A stretch of DNA of 37,377 nt from Enterococcus phage vB_CECAV_04. The DNA is taken from sequence record PV173148.1. The stretch is one strand, 5' to 3'. The notes under the pieces were generated by a model. That model was not told where the DNA came from, made no database searches, and saw only the letters and a list, made by a program, of their open reading frames with translations. Position numbers and translations under genes: made by a program. This document shows positions 8,834-18,514 of this stretch, piece by piece (the stretch's first letter is position 1; each line of letters opens with the position of its first letter).

Positions 8834-9235
8834 ATGGTGGGAAGCAGTACAGCAGTTTACACCCTGATTAATAGCTATCTAGCCGATAGATTGCCCGATT
8901 TATACGTTCAGATTGATGATGAAATAACAACGTTTCCATTTATCAGCGTAGGAGAAGTGCAATCAATTAAGCAAGATAGCAAGTATTTTGAACATTATGA
9001 AATAACGCAGACTATCAGACTATATCATAATGATATAAATGAACGTGCTACCCTTGAGAACATTATTCACAAACTTATAACCGAGTTAGAAAATACTAGT
9101 TACAAGGTCAACGGGTGGCAATTGGATTTACTAAATTACAACTACGATATAAGCGTTGAGATAGATACAAGTACACAAAAATATTTAAGATTATTTTGCG
9201 AGTTGACTTTTAAAGGGTTATCAGTTGACAACTAG
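8834..9235 (+). CDS. Tail completion / tail terminator protein (133 aa).
   Basis: Position directly upstream of the major tail protein. SD AAGGGGG. Confidence 0.55.
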   Translation: MVGSSTAVYTLINSYLADRLPDLYVQIDDEITTFPFISVGEVQSIKQDSKYFEHYEITQTIRLYHNDINERATLENIIHKLITELENTSYKVNGWQLDLLNYNYDISVEIDTSTQKYLRLFCELTFKGLSVDN

Positions 9236-9323
9236 TCAACCGAGTTGAGCAGTACAAAGCAAAGTTTAATCAAATATGTTATAATACGGTTGTATAAGCA
9301 ACCTAAAAGGAGTGATGAAATCA

Positions 9324-9839
9324 ATGGCAACTACTAAAGAAGCCTTAATGGGTAAAAATACAGTATTGTTATTCCGATTATTGAAAGAACAAGGTACACA
9401 ATCAGCGGTAAAATTGGCATTTCAGACCGAACATGAATTGACAGAAAGCCGTGACACAGATACAACAGCGACAAAAGATGGGAACATCGTTACACCATCA
9501 GCATTAGAAACTTCCCTTGATTGTACGTCAATCTTGGCTAAAGGCGATGAAACAGCCGATAAATTACGCCAAGCGTTACGAGATTATGAAAAAATTGAAA
9601 TTTGGGAAGTTGACCTATCTACTAAGGGAACTAGTGGCGCAGATACTAACAAGTACAAAGCTATGTATTATCAAGGTTATGTTTCCGAATGGTCAAAAAG
9701 TCCGAGCGCAGAAGATAGCATTGAGTTATCTTTAACATTTACCATTGAAGGCGTTGGTCAAAGCGGTTATGTTACTTTGACACCCGAACAGGAAAACGTG
9801 GTTAAGTATGTATTTAAAGACGTAACACCTGCCACATAG
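9324..9839 (+). CDS. Major tail protein (about 171 aa). I infer the start at ATG 9324, 10 nt after AAGGAG.
   Basis: Position, size, and a strong terminator downstream. Confidence 0.65.
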   Translation: MATTKEALMGKNTVLLFRLLKEQGTQSAVKLAFQTEHELTESRDTDTTATKDGNIVTPSALETSLDCTSILAKGDETADKLRQALRDYEKIEIWEVDLSTKGTSGADTNKYKAMYYQGYVSEWSKSPSAEDSIELSLTFTIEGVGQSGYVTLTPEQENVVKYVFKDVTPAT

Positions 9840-9856
9840 TAACATTTAATGAAATT

Positions 9857-9882
9857 GCTAGGGTTTTCCCTAGCTTTTTTAT
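9857..9882 (+). terminator. Terminator GCTAGGG-TTTT-CCCTAGC followed by a T-tract.
   Basis: Perfect 7-bp stem followed by TTTTTTA. Confidence 0.7.
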
Positions 9883-9887
9883 TCACG

Positions 9888-9916
9888 TTGATTATTTATA
9901 AATGTTATGTTATAAT
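9888..9916 (+). promoter_or_regulatory. Promoter TTGATT-N17-TATAAT (the -10 is extended, TGtTATAAT) ahead of the chaperone/TMP genes.
   Basis: Consensus elements with 17-nt spacing. Confidence 0.6.
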
Positions 9917-9946
9917 CATAATAGCTATTGAAAAGGAGTGAAACTC

Positions 9947-10297
9947 ATGTTATTAAATATCGGAAATAAAGAAACTGAATTGAATTTTGGAATTAGATTT
10001 ACTTATGAATTAAACAAAAAATATAAACGTATTGAAAACGGTATCGAGCTAGGCTTTGGTTTGCCTACCGTATATGTTAAATTAGAAGTTGGTGACCTAA
10101 CAGCATTAGTCGACATCATTTATTGTGCAACAAGAAATAGCAAATATAAACCAACTGAAGCACAGATTGAAACATTTATTGATGAATGTAGCGACATTGA
10201 CGGCTTAATCGCTGAAATCTATGACGAATTGGCAGAGAGCAACGCAACAAAAAAAGCGTTAGCAACCTTGAGAGAAAGTCAAGAAAGCCCGAAGTAA
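9947..10297 (+). CDS. Tail assembly chaperone, G-like (116 aa).
   Basis: Position between the major tail protein and the tape measure. ATG after an AAAGGAGTG SD. Confidence 0.7.
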   Translation: MLLNIGNKETELNFGIRFTYELNKKYKRIENGIELGFGLPTVYVKLEVGDLTALVDIIYCATRNSKYKPTEAQIETFIDECSDIDGLIAEIYDELAESNATKKALATLRESQESPK

Positions 10298-10623
10298 GCT
10301 ATATTGATGAATACGAAAATCTCATTGAAATTGCAATGGTCAAGCTAGGAAAAACCTTGCGAGAAGCTGAGAACATGACTTTAAGGGAATTTAGTTATGA
10401 AATATATGCTTACGAAAAGCGATATATTGAACAAGTTAAGCTGATTGATTTGCAAGCATGGCAGAACAAGCAAGTACAGGCCGAGAAGAAACGGGGGAAT
10501 AAGCTTATACCTTACTTTGATAGCTTTGAACAGTTTTCATTTGCTTATCGCATGGAAAATGAAAAACAAGAGCAAGAAAACGATTTAACCTTGATTGAAT
10601 TGTTGAAAAATGCTAATAAATAA
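9947..10623 (+). CDS. Tail assembly chaperone G-T fusion produced by a programmed -1 frameshift at A_AAA_AAA (10249-10255), joining the G frame to the downstream ORF ending at 10623.
   Basis: The slippery heptamer is in the correct phase (ACA AAA AAA in the 0 frame). The -1 frame is open from 10225 to 10623. This is the conserved arrangement in siphoviruses. Confidence 0.6.
10249..10255 (+). promoter_or_regulatory. -1 ribosomal frameshift slippery site A AAA AAA.
   Basis: Heptamer X_XXY_YYZ in the chaperone frame, about 45 nt before the G stop. Confidence 0.6.
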
Positions 10624-10692
10624 AAGGAAGGCTATTATTGAGCTATTAAATAGCTTGGTAATAGCTTTTTTTGTATGAAGGTGGTTGATTAA

Positions 10693-13200
10693 ATGGAAGA
10701 AAATACCGAACAAGTCACGGTTTCCCTGGCCGTTGACTTGGGGAATTGGGGGAGTGGATTCTCAAAAGCTAAAAACGATTTAGATAATTTCGAAGATAAA
10801 CTCAAACAGACGACACAAAAAACAAATAAATTTGACTTTAGTAAGTTTTCGGACAGTGTAAGCAAGGTAACTAGCAAGGTATCTCAACACGCAAACCGAA
10901 TAGGGGATACCTTTTTAACAGCCGGTTTAGCTATCAAGACAGCAACCGTTGGTGTCGTTGGTGCAGTTGGTGCAATGGGTACGAAAATTCTAGAAACCAG
11001 TGCAGATATTCAGGTGGTAGAAGCGCAATATGAACAAGTCTTTCAAGATATTGAAAAACAAGCCAATGAAAGCATGGAAAACATGAGCAAAGCATGGAAT
11101 GTTGTTCCCGAACGACTAAAAGTGCCTATGAGTGCTTTTCAATCATTCTTCAAGGCAACGGGACAAGACGCGCCAAAAGCGCTGAAATCGACTGAAAAAG
11201 CCCTTACATTGGTAGCTGACGCAAGTGCCTTTTATGATAGGAGTTTAGAAGATACTCAAGAAAGCTTGAAAGGGTTCTTAATGGGTAACTATGAAAATGG
11301 GGACGCCATCGGGGTAAATACTAACCTTACTAAAATTGCAACGGCTTACAATAAAAAATACGGTGGTTCGTTTGAGGAATTATCGGACAGCGCCCAACAA
11401 GATTGGTTGCTAGAATATATTCAAGACGTTTACAACGCTAGTGGCGTAACGGGACAAGCAACCCGAGAAAGTGCAAACTGGGCAAATGTTTTAGGTAACT
11501 TGCAAGCTAAATTCAAAGGTTTAATCGGTTCAATCGGTAAAGGTTTTCTAACACCCGTTATTAATAACCTAAACAAACTAACACCCGTGCTAGACGAAGT
11601 AGGGAAAAAGATAGAAAACTTTTTCAACAGCGCAAAAGGGAAGGCAGTAATTGACAGCTTTTCAAAGGCTTTAGAAGTGCTTGTTGACGCTTTTATTAAA
11701 ATGTTACAAGATGTCGATATTGACGCAATCGCTGACACGTTGAAAAAATTCTTTGATGGCTTTGCAAATGGCGATATTGTTGGAACAATGAAAAGAATTA
11801 CTAAGAGTATTTCTGACTTTGTTTCTAAAGCGATTGAACTAGCTAAGGTAATTATTCCACTTATTCCCGTTGTTGTAAAATTGGCGCCCAGTTTAATCAG
11901 TCTAGGTCTAGCATTCAAGACAATCGGCGCAGTTAGTACCGCAGTTGGTGCATTAACTAGCTTTGCAAGCGGTATCGTTGCAATTGTCAAAGCTGTTCAA
12001 GGTGGAGCTATATTGACGAAAATATCTAGTGGCTTTACAGCTATAGGTACAGCATTAGGTGCAATAAGCGCTCCCGTTGCGATTGCTATTGGTGCTGTTG
12101 TAGGCTTGGTAGGTGCATTTATAATAGCGTATAATAAGAGTGAAGCATTTAGAACAAAAGTGAATGAAGTATTTAGTTATATTGGTCAATTTATATCTCA
12201 AACATGGCAAAGTATTAAGGAAGTATCGGCAACCGTATGGAATGAAATAAGTGCAACCGTTATGACAGCAGTTGATACGGTGGCTAGTTGGATACAAACC
12301 GTTTGGGGACAGATTAAGGAATTTTGGAATACCAACGGTCAAGAAATTTTAGCAGTCACTGGTGTAGTTTGGGAAGCAATTAAAACCGTTATTTCAACGG
12401 CTATGAAGTTTTTATCCGACGTAATCGGGAACGCTTGGGACACTATCAAGGGCGTAACAAGTGGTGCTTGGACAGCTATTTCGGGTATGATTCAGGGTGC
12501 AATTGGTATTATAACAGGTATTATTCAAGTATTTGTTGGGGTATTTACAGGCAATTGGCGCAAAGCCTTTGACGGTGTGAAGCAGATTGTTTCTAGTGGT
12601 TGGAACGCTATTAAGTCATTGTTCAGTGGTGCTATGCAGATATTTGGCTCAGTTGTTCAAGGTGGAATAAAAAATATTATTTCATTTTTCCAAGCTATGC
12701 CTATTAAGATTGCAAACACAATAGGTTCGTTTGGGCAAACATTATTCAATAGTGGTGCCAAAATCGTGCAACAGATTGCCGACGGTATTAGAAGCGCTGT
12801 TCATACTGTTGAAAGTGCCATTAGTAGCGTAACTTCAAAAATACGCCGATTCTTACCGTTTTCTCCGGCGAAAGAAGGTGCCTTGCGAGATTTAAACAAG
12901 CTGAATTTTGGTGGTACTATTTCAGAAGGTATTTATAACGGTAAAAAGGCTGTTACTAGAGCTATGGACTATCTAACAACGTTCCCACAACTAGAGGATA
13001 TCGGCACATTATCAATGCAATCTGATATATCTAGCCAATTCAGAGGACAAACATTCAAAGGTGCTTTAGGAAGTAACAACACGGTAATTCAGACGGTCGT
13101 AACGCTAGATGGCAAAGAGATTGCACGAGCAAGCGCACCATATGCGCAAACTGAGTTAGATTTAATCAACCAACGTAACAATAGGCTTTATGGATATTAA
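10693..13200 (+). CDS. Tape measure protein (835 aa) with Gly/Ala/Val/Ile-rich transmembrane-like central segments.
   Basis: Size, position, helical composition and a hydrophobic core. Confidence 0.85.
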   Translation: MEENTEQVTVSLAVDLGNWGSGFSKAKNDLDNFEDKLKQTTQKTNKFDFSKFSDSVSKVTSKVSQHANRIGDTFLTAGLAIKTATVGVVGAVGAMGTKILETSADIQVVEAQYEQVFQDIEKQANESMENMSKAWNVVPERLKVPMSAFQSFFKATGQDAPKALKSTEKALTLVADASAFYDRSLEDTQESLKGFLMGNYENGDAIGVNTNLTKIATAYNKKYGGSFEELSDSAQQDWLLEYIQDVYNASGVTGQATRESANWANVLGNLQAKFKGLIGSIGKGFLTPVINNLNKLTPVLDEVGKKIENFFNSAKGKAVIDSFSKALEVLVDAFIKMLQDVDIDAIADTLKKFFDGFANGDIVGTMKRITKSISDFVSKAIELAKVIIPLIPVVVKLAPSLISLGLAFKTIGAVSTAVGALTSFASGIVAIVKAVQGGAILTKISSGFTAIGTALGAISAPVAIAIGAVVGLVGAFIIAYNKSEAFRTKVNEVFSYIGQFISQTWQSIKEVSATVWNEISATVMTAVDTVASWIQTVWGQIKEFWNTNGQEILAVTGVVWEAIKTVISTAMKFLSDVIGNAWDTIKGVTSGAWTAISGMIQGAIGIITGIIQVFVGVFTGNWRKAFDGVKQIVSSGWNAIKSLFSGAMQIFGSVVQGGIKNIISFFQAMPIKIANTIGSFGQTLFNSGAKIVQQIADGIRSAVHTVESAISSVTSKIRRFLPFSPAKEGALRDLNKLNFGGTISEGIYNGKKAVTRAMDYLTTFPQLEDIGTLSMQSDISSQFRGQTFKGALGSNNTVIQTVVTLDGKEIARASAPYAQTELDLINQRNNRLYGY

Positions 13201-13209
13201 AAAATACTT

Positions 13210-13242
13210 TCAACGGGTTGAGATAGTTTTTCAACCCGTTGA
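13210..13242 (+). promoter_or_regulatory. Intercistronic stem-loop TCAACGGGTTG-N11-CAACCCGTTGA (11-bp perfect stem) between TMP and Dit, immediately upstream of the Dit SD.
   Basis: Seen in the sequence. No T-tract follows, so I do not class it as a terminator. Confidence 0.55.
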
Positions 13243-13260
13243 CTAAAGGAGTGATTTTAC

Positions 13261-14904
13261 TTGTATCAATTTAGGGATGTCGAGCAATCTAGAAAAGATA
13301 GCAACCTTTCAAGTGAAAGTTTTACTTATAACGGAGTATACTTTGAAAACGTTATCGAAGGTTATAAAACCTTGAAAGTAACGGGGCGAGAAAGCTTTCA
13401 AAAAGAAATTAACAGCGAAGTAATCGGACAAACAGACGGAGAATTTTATAACTATTCTAGGATTGCCAAAAGGGATATTGCTATCACTTTTCAATTGAAA
13501 GCGAAAACACCTAATGACTTGATGAATAAATTTACTCAACTAAACAAGTTATTAAAAAAGGATAATGCAAGGCTGATTTTTACTGATGAAAGCGACAAAT
13601 ATTTTAACGCTACATTTGTTCAAATGGAAAATGTAACCGAAGGAACATTAATGTTGACAGGAACAATGTTGTTTACTTGTCTCGACCCTTACAAATATGA
13701 TGTAAACGCAAAAACTCAAACATTGACAACGGGGAAAAACTATATCGAAGTCAATAACGAAGGAACAGCGCCTACCTTCCTAGATGTTAGGGCCGAAATG
13801 TTATCCGATAATGGTTTTATTGGGGTTGTAACTGACGATAGGTATTTTCAACAGGGCAACCCTTATGAAAATGACACGGTCGGTCTAACACGCTCGGAAA
13901 CCTTATTAAACGCTAACCATTGGCAAGGTGGAACAACCACTATATCGGGGGTAGCGCCACGGGTAAATAGCAATGCTTATTTAGGGAAGGCTTATCAGAA
14001 TTTTTACGCTTTAAACCAACAACCATCAATAGTCGATATTCCCAGCATGGACTATCCAACAAGACCGGGTGAGCAAGGTATACAACATTTGAACGCAATG
14101 AAAGTATTAACCGTTCAAAATAACTTTACCGACAATGTCACGGGTGGTCAAAATTATCAGGGAACTGGTTTGAGTTGGGAAATTCCTAACGATACTCAAG
14201 GTGTAAAAGGTGCAGTAAACTTTAGATTTTTATTCGCTTTATGGTTTGAAACGGCCTACATTACCGAAGCAAGCTATATGCAGATATCTTGTATTGACGA
14301 ACACAACAATACAATGGTCAGCGTTGAGTTTGTAAAAGATACTATCAATAACAATAACGCCAATATGATTGTTAAACGTTACTCAACTGACTCAAGTTTT
14401 TCGAGCAACCTTTTCACCGAAGTAATAAGAGTACCTTTTCAACCAACTTATTGGAACGATTTGACTAACTGTAAATTGCGTGGCTTCTCAATTAGTAAAC
14501 ATGGTTCAGATGTGACGGTTACTTATCCTACTAATGCTATATCTTTCGCACTACCTGACTTTAAAAACGTAGCTTGTAAACATATCTCAGTATTTATCGG
14601 GCGAAAAGCACCACTGAATAACGCAAATATGTTAACACGCCGATACATTACTGATATGATTTTCATAAAAGATAACGTAAATTATACCGAGGATGTTCCT
14701 AACTTTTTCTATAATGGTTCAGTTTGGGAACTAGATAGCAGTAAGAACGAAACCCGAATAAACGGTACACCGAATAATGTCATGCGAGACATAGGTTCGC
14801 AACCTATTGTTATACCAACGGGAACAAGTAAGGTATATTTTGGGGTTTCAAACTTTGCAAAAATGCCGAATATAACTGTTTCATATCGACAAAAATATTT
14901 ATAA
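13261..14904 (+). CDS. Distal tail protein, Dit (547 aa). The long form probably carries an inserted carbohydrate-binding module.
   Basis: Position directly after TMP. TTG start 8 nt after AAAGGAGTG. The length is well above a minimal Dit. Confidence 0.7.
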   Translation: MYQFRDVEQSRKDSNLSSESFTYNGVYFENVIEGYKTLKVTGRESFQKEINSEVIGQTDGEFYNYSRIAKRDIAITFQLKAKTPNDLMNKFTQLNKLLKKDNARLIFTDESDKYFNATFVQMENVTEGTLMLTGTMLFTCLDPYKYDVNAKTQTLTTGKNYIEVNNEGTAPTFLDVRAEMLSDNGFIGVVTDDRYFQQGNPYENDTVGLTRSETLLNANHWQGGTTTISGVAPRVNSNAYLGKAYQNFYALNQQPSIVDIPSMDYPTRPGEQGIQHLNAMKVLTVQNNFTDNVTGGQNYQGTGLSWEIPNDTQGVKGAVNFRFLFALWFETAYITEASYMQISCIDEHNNTMVSVEFVKDTINNNNANMIVKRYSTDSSFSSNLFTEVIRVPFQPTYWNDLTNCKLRGFSISKHGSDVTVTYPTNAISFALPDFKNVACKHISVFIGRKAPLNNANMLTRRYITDMIFIKDNVNYTEDVPNFFYNGSVWELDSSKNETRINGTPNNVMRDIGSQPIVIPTGTSKVYFGVSNFAKMPNITVSYRQKYL

Positions 14905-14912
14905 AATTCTCT

Positions 14913-14941
14913 GGGTAGACTTTGAAGTCTACCCTTATTTG
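14913..14941 (+). terminator. Terminator GGGTAGACT-TTGA-AGTCTACCC followed by a T-rich tract. It overlaps promoter TTGAAG-N17-TATAAT (14922-14950, extended -10 TGtTATAAT).
   Basis: 9-bp perfect stem, then TTATTTG. Promoter hexamers read from the sequence. Confidence 0.65.
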
Positions 14942-14984
14942 TGTTATAATATTCAATATGAAATACAAATGGAGTGATTTATAA

Positions 14985-17900
14985 ATGGCTCAAACATGGA
15001 CTATCTCAGATAAAAACTATGTAATGCTAGCACAATTTACAAATGAAGATAGTGATTTTATTTCTAATGACGAGCATTTCATTTCAGTCGATACGCCTTC
15101 CAGTTACTACCAATTTGACTGCTTGATTAACCACGAACTCGCAAAACACATTGCGGTTGGTAATCATGTTATTTTGAGAGATAAAGAAGACTATATACAC
15201 GACTTTACTATTAGAAAAATTACAACAGATATAAACAACGTTCGTATGACTGTTTACGTTGAAAACGGTGGCATGGACTTAAATAACGAAAGCGCACAAC
15301 CTTTTTCAGCGCCTAGTGAACAAAAAACGCTAGAATGGTATCTCACGCAACCGGGGCAACCATTGTATGATAGCCCGATTAAACTAGGGTTAAATGAGTT
15401 ATCCAATTTAAAACGTGTTATTTCAAATGATAGCACGGAAACAAAGTTGCTACAGCGTTTAATAACAACGGTTAACGCCTTTGATGGTGGCGAGTACCGA
15501 CTTCACGCTAAGTTAGCGAACAATAATACAACGTTGCCAGTTTTGAATTTACAGCTTGATATCGTTAAAAAATTGGGTTCAGATATTTCACAAACGTTCT
15601 TAATTGACGATTACAACTTGAAAGAACTGACAAATGAAACAAGTATTATCGATTTGATAACAGCTGTTTTTCCACGTGGTAAAGAGTTGGAAAATGGGAC
15701 AGTTGTTGATATATCAGACATCGTTTATGATGATGGAACATACTATACCACTAAAGGCAGTCAATATATTAAGAACCGAAAAGCGCATAGTGAATGGTCG
15801 TATAGTCGCTTTAGTAATGATGAACGTTGGGGCTACATTTTGGGTAACTTCGAATACGATACCGAAAGCCCACAAGAATTATTTAATCGTGCTTTAACGT
15901 ACTTGAAACAACATGATTCGCCAACCGTTGCATTTAGTGCAAGTGGTAGAGATATGAACGCTAAATTAGGCGATACAATTATGATTGCTACTCATAAAAC
16001 GCCAGACCCGATTTATTTGAGAGCAAGAGTGTTACAAATGAAAATCTCCTACGTTGACAACGATAAAACGGAGTACATTTTGGGCAACTTTGCTATACAA
16101 CCAAGCATGGTTTCTCAAGAGCTATTAAACCTTAGAAATCAGATTCAAGATAACAAAGTAGGTTATGTTTGGTTGCGCTACGCTGACGACCGAGAAGGTA
16201 ACGGTATAAGCGAAAACCCCGAAGGGAAAAGCTATTTAGGTATCGCTTACAATATGCCATACCCCGAACCATCAAACAACCCTAGCGATTATAATTGGTC
16301 GCTGATTAAAGGAACAAACGGTTCAAATGGCGCCGATGGTGTAGGGGTGCAAACTTCCAATGTTCAATATGCTTTGGGCGATAGTGGAACAACAGCGCCG
16401 ACAACGGGTTGGACAACGAACATACCAACTTTACAAGATAATAAATATCTTTGGACAAGAACAATTATCTATTACACGAACGGAACAAATAGCGTTTCTT
16501 ATAGTGTTTCTAAAAAAGGCGATAAAGGCGAACAGGGTATTCAAGGGACTAAAGGCGCGGACGGGCGAAGCCTTTATACTTGGTTGAAATACGCCGATGA
16601 TGTAAACGGAAATGGTATGAGTGAAACGCCTGACGGTAAAAAGTACATTGGACTTGCATATAATAAAACTGTATCAACAGAAAGTAGCAACCCTAGTGAT
16701 TATACATGGTCGCTGATTCAAGGCGAAAACGGGGTAAAAGGGGAAGACGGAAAAACCTACTATACATGGGTAAAATATGCCGATACGTCAACGGGGGCGG
16801 GTATGAGTGACAACCCTACGGACAAGAAATATATCGGACTTGCTTATAATAAGACAACCCCGACTGAAAGTACAAATCCTAGCGATTATCAATGGGCTTT
16901 GATTAAAGGTGATAAAGGCGAACAAGGGGAAACAGGAAACGGTGTATCATCAACCGTTGTCAATTACGGTATCTCGACGAGTGGAACTGTTCAGCCTACG
17001 AGTTGGGGAACAAGTATTCCTAGTGTACCGAACGGGCAATTTCTTTGGACACGAACCGTAATGAATTACACGAACGGAACAAGTACAACATTTTACAGCG
17101 TGGCTAAAATGGGCGAAACGGGTGCAAAAGGTACAATGGGAATTGCTTACTTGCAACCGACAGCGCCAACGGGGGACATTGAAACGGGGTCTACTTGGTT
17201 TAAAACTGTTTCCACAACTGACAAGCGTATCACAAGCATTTATCATTATTTGTCGGGTTCTTGGGTACAGAACCAATTCACACAAGACGCTATTAATGTA
17301 AAAAGTTTGAGTGCTTTGAGTGCCACGCTAGGGAATGTTACCGCGGGTACTATCACTGGTTCGAGCTTTACTACAACGTTCGACAGACCGTACACGGGTA
17401 CCACAAACCGAGTTGGTTCGCTTGCGATAAACGATGGTAAAATACGTATTGATTACAAAGACCGTAACACGTCAACAGGGGAAGAAACTGCGACTAATTC
17501 TTACATGGAATACAGCGAAACGGGAATTGATTTTGCTGAAAATGACGGAACTGCAACAGGCAAACGGCTAGAATTGAATAGCAATAGAATTGCTTTAGGC
17601 GCTAGTAACGGTTCTTTTTATGCAGACCCTAAAAAAATGACGTTATCGGGCGATGGTTATTTTGAGTCGCGACCAAGATATTTTCTAGGTTCGAGCGGAG
17701 ATACGAACTATCAGAAAATGTCTTGGACAGTTGACGGGTTCGAGTTGCGACCCGTTGATATCTACGGCAACCCTAGAAACGGAAACACGGGTGTTGAAAT
17801 AACTGGGACTATGTCGTATATTGACTTTAAAACACCATACAATGGTGCACAAGACTACGATATACGATTCATCGAAGATAGTAGCAAAATATTTACTATT

Positions 17901-18473
17901 CAGTCCGATACCCCACAGCCAATCTATATCAAAAGTAATGTCGGGGGGAACATTAGTTTAATTACTAACAATTCTAATGGTTGGGTAAATTCATGTTCAA
18001 ACAATGGCTTTAACTCACGAAACTCTTCCGACACGGCCTTTCAAAAGATACAAGCCAGTGGTTTCAACAACTTGTCCGATAAAAAATGGAAATATAACAT
18101 CAATGATATGCCGTCAAGGTTAGAACAATTTAAAAACATTGACTTTAAATCCTACCGTTTGTGGGCTGAAAGTGGAAAATATCAAGAAGGTATCATCGCC
18201 AATGATAACATTGAACTTCCATTTATCAACAAAGGTTACGACGGTTATTCGGTTGACACTTACGCTTATACAACGTTTATCGGAAAGGCTACACAAGAAT
18301 ATATTGTTCAGACTGATAATACTATCAACGAGTTGAAAAATGAAAATACTGAATTAAATAACAAAATCACTAACTTAGAAAGTGAAAATGCTGAATTAAA
18401 TAACAAAGTTGACAACCTATCAACCGAACTAGAAACAATCAAACAACAATTATCAACCTTGCTAAACAAATAA
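14985..18473 (+). CDS. Tail-associated lysin / tail fibre protein, Tal (1162 aa). N-terminal prophage-tail-like domain, internal tandem repeats, collagen-like G-X-Y triplets and a C-terminal coiled coil.
   Basis: Position after Dit and size. Triplet runs GDKGEQGIQGTKGADG and GDKGEQGETGNG. Repeats described separately. Confidence 0.8.
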   Translation: MAQTWTISDKNYVMLAQFTNEDSDFISNDEHFISVDTPSSYYQFDCLINHELAKHIAVGNHVILRDKEDYIHDFTIRKITTDINNVRMTVYVENGGMDLNNESAQPFSAPSEQKTLEWYLTQPGQPLYDSPIKLGLNELSNLKRVISNDSTETKLLQRLITTVNAFDGGEYRLHAKLANNNTTLPVLNLQLDIVKKLGSDISQTFLIDDYNLKELTNETSIIDLITAVFPRGKELENGTVVDISDIVYDDGTYYTTKGSQYIKNRKAHSEWSYSRFSNDERWGYILGNFEYDTESPQELFNRALTYLKQHDSPTVAFSASGRDMNAKLGDTIMIATHKTPDPIYLRARVLQMKISYVDNDKTEYILGNFAIQPSMVSQELLNLRNQIQDNKVGYVWLRYADDREGNGISENPEGKSYLGIAYNMPYPEPSNNPSDYNWSLIKGTNGSNGADGVGVQTSNVQYALGDSGTTAPTTGWTTNIPTLQDNKYLWTRTIIYYTNGTNSVSYSVSKKGDKGEQGIQGTKGADGRSLYTWLKYADDVNGNGMSETPDGKKYIGLAYNKTVSTESSNPSDYTWSLIQGENGVKGEDGKTYYTWVKYADTSTGAGMSDNPTDKKYIGLAYNKTTPTESTNPSDYQWALIKGDKGEQGETGNGVSSTVVNYGISTSGTVQPTSWGTSIPSVPNGQFLWTRTVMNYTNGTSTTFYSVAKMGETGAKGTMGIAYLQPTAPTGDIETGSTWFKTVSTTDKRITSIYHYLSGSWVQNQFTQDAINVKSLSALSATLGNVTAGTITGSSFTTTFDRPYTGTTNRVGSLAINDGKIRIDYKDRNTSTGEETATNSYMEYSETGIDFAENDGTATGKRLELNSNRIALGASNGSFYADPKKMTLSGDGYFESRPRYFLGSSGDTNYQKMSWTVDGFELRPVDIYGNPRNGNTGVEITGTMSYIDFKTPYNGAQDYDIRFIEDSSKIFTIQSDTPQPIYIKSNVGGNISLITNNSNGWVNSCSNNGFNSRNSSDTAFQKIQASGFNNLSDKKWKYNINDMPSRLEQFKNIDFKSYRLWAESGKYQEGIIANDNIELPFINKGYDGYSVDTYAYTTFIGKATQEYIVQTDNTINELKNENTELNNKITNLESENAELNNKVDNLSTELETIKQQLSTLLNK
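16160..17140 (+). repeat. Intragenic tandem repeats in Tal. There are three about 57-aa units (Y-W-x-YAD...GNGMSE.P.GK.YIGLAYNK...SNPSDY.WSLI) at roughly 16164-16340, 16575-16745 and 16758-16920. There are two about 64-aa units (...TSW/GWT..IP....LWTRT..YTNGT...YSV.K.G) at roughly 16345-16540 and 16940-17135.
   Basis: Protein and DNA level repeats visible in the ORF translation. Confidence 0.7.
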
Positions 18474-18482
18474 GCAAGGTTG
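18454..18482 (+). promoter_or_regulatory. Hairpin CAACCTTGCT-N9-AGCAAGGTTG (10-bp perfect stem) spanning the Tal stop codon.
   Basis: Seen in the sequence. No clear U-tract follows, so it may be an RNA stability or processing element. Confidence 0.45.
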
Positions 18483-18514
18483 CATAAAATAATATAACTA
18501 TACGGGGGTAAAAA

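Noticed and set aside
10640-10672. Possible attenuator hairpins (AGCTATT/AATAGCT, two alternative pairings, then a T-run) between the GT chaperone and the tape measure.
   Set aside because: The stem is short and A/T-rich, and the position is inside an obligately co-expressed chaperone-TMP pair. A weak pause is possible, but I am not confident enough to list it as a feature.
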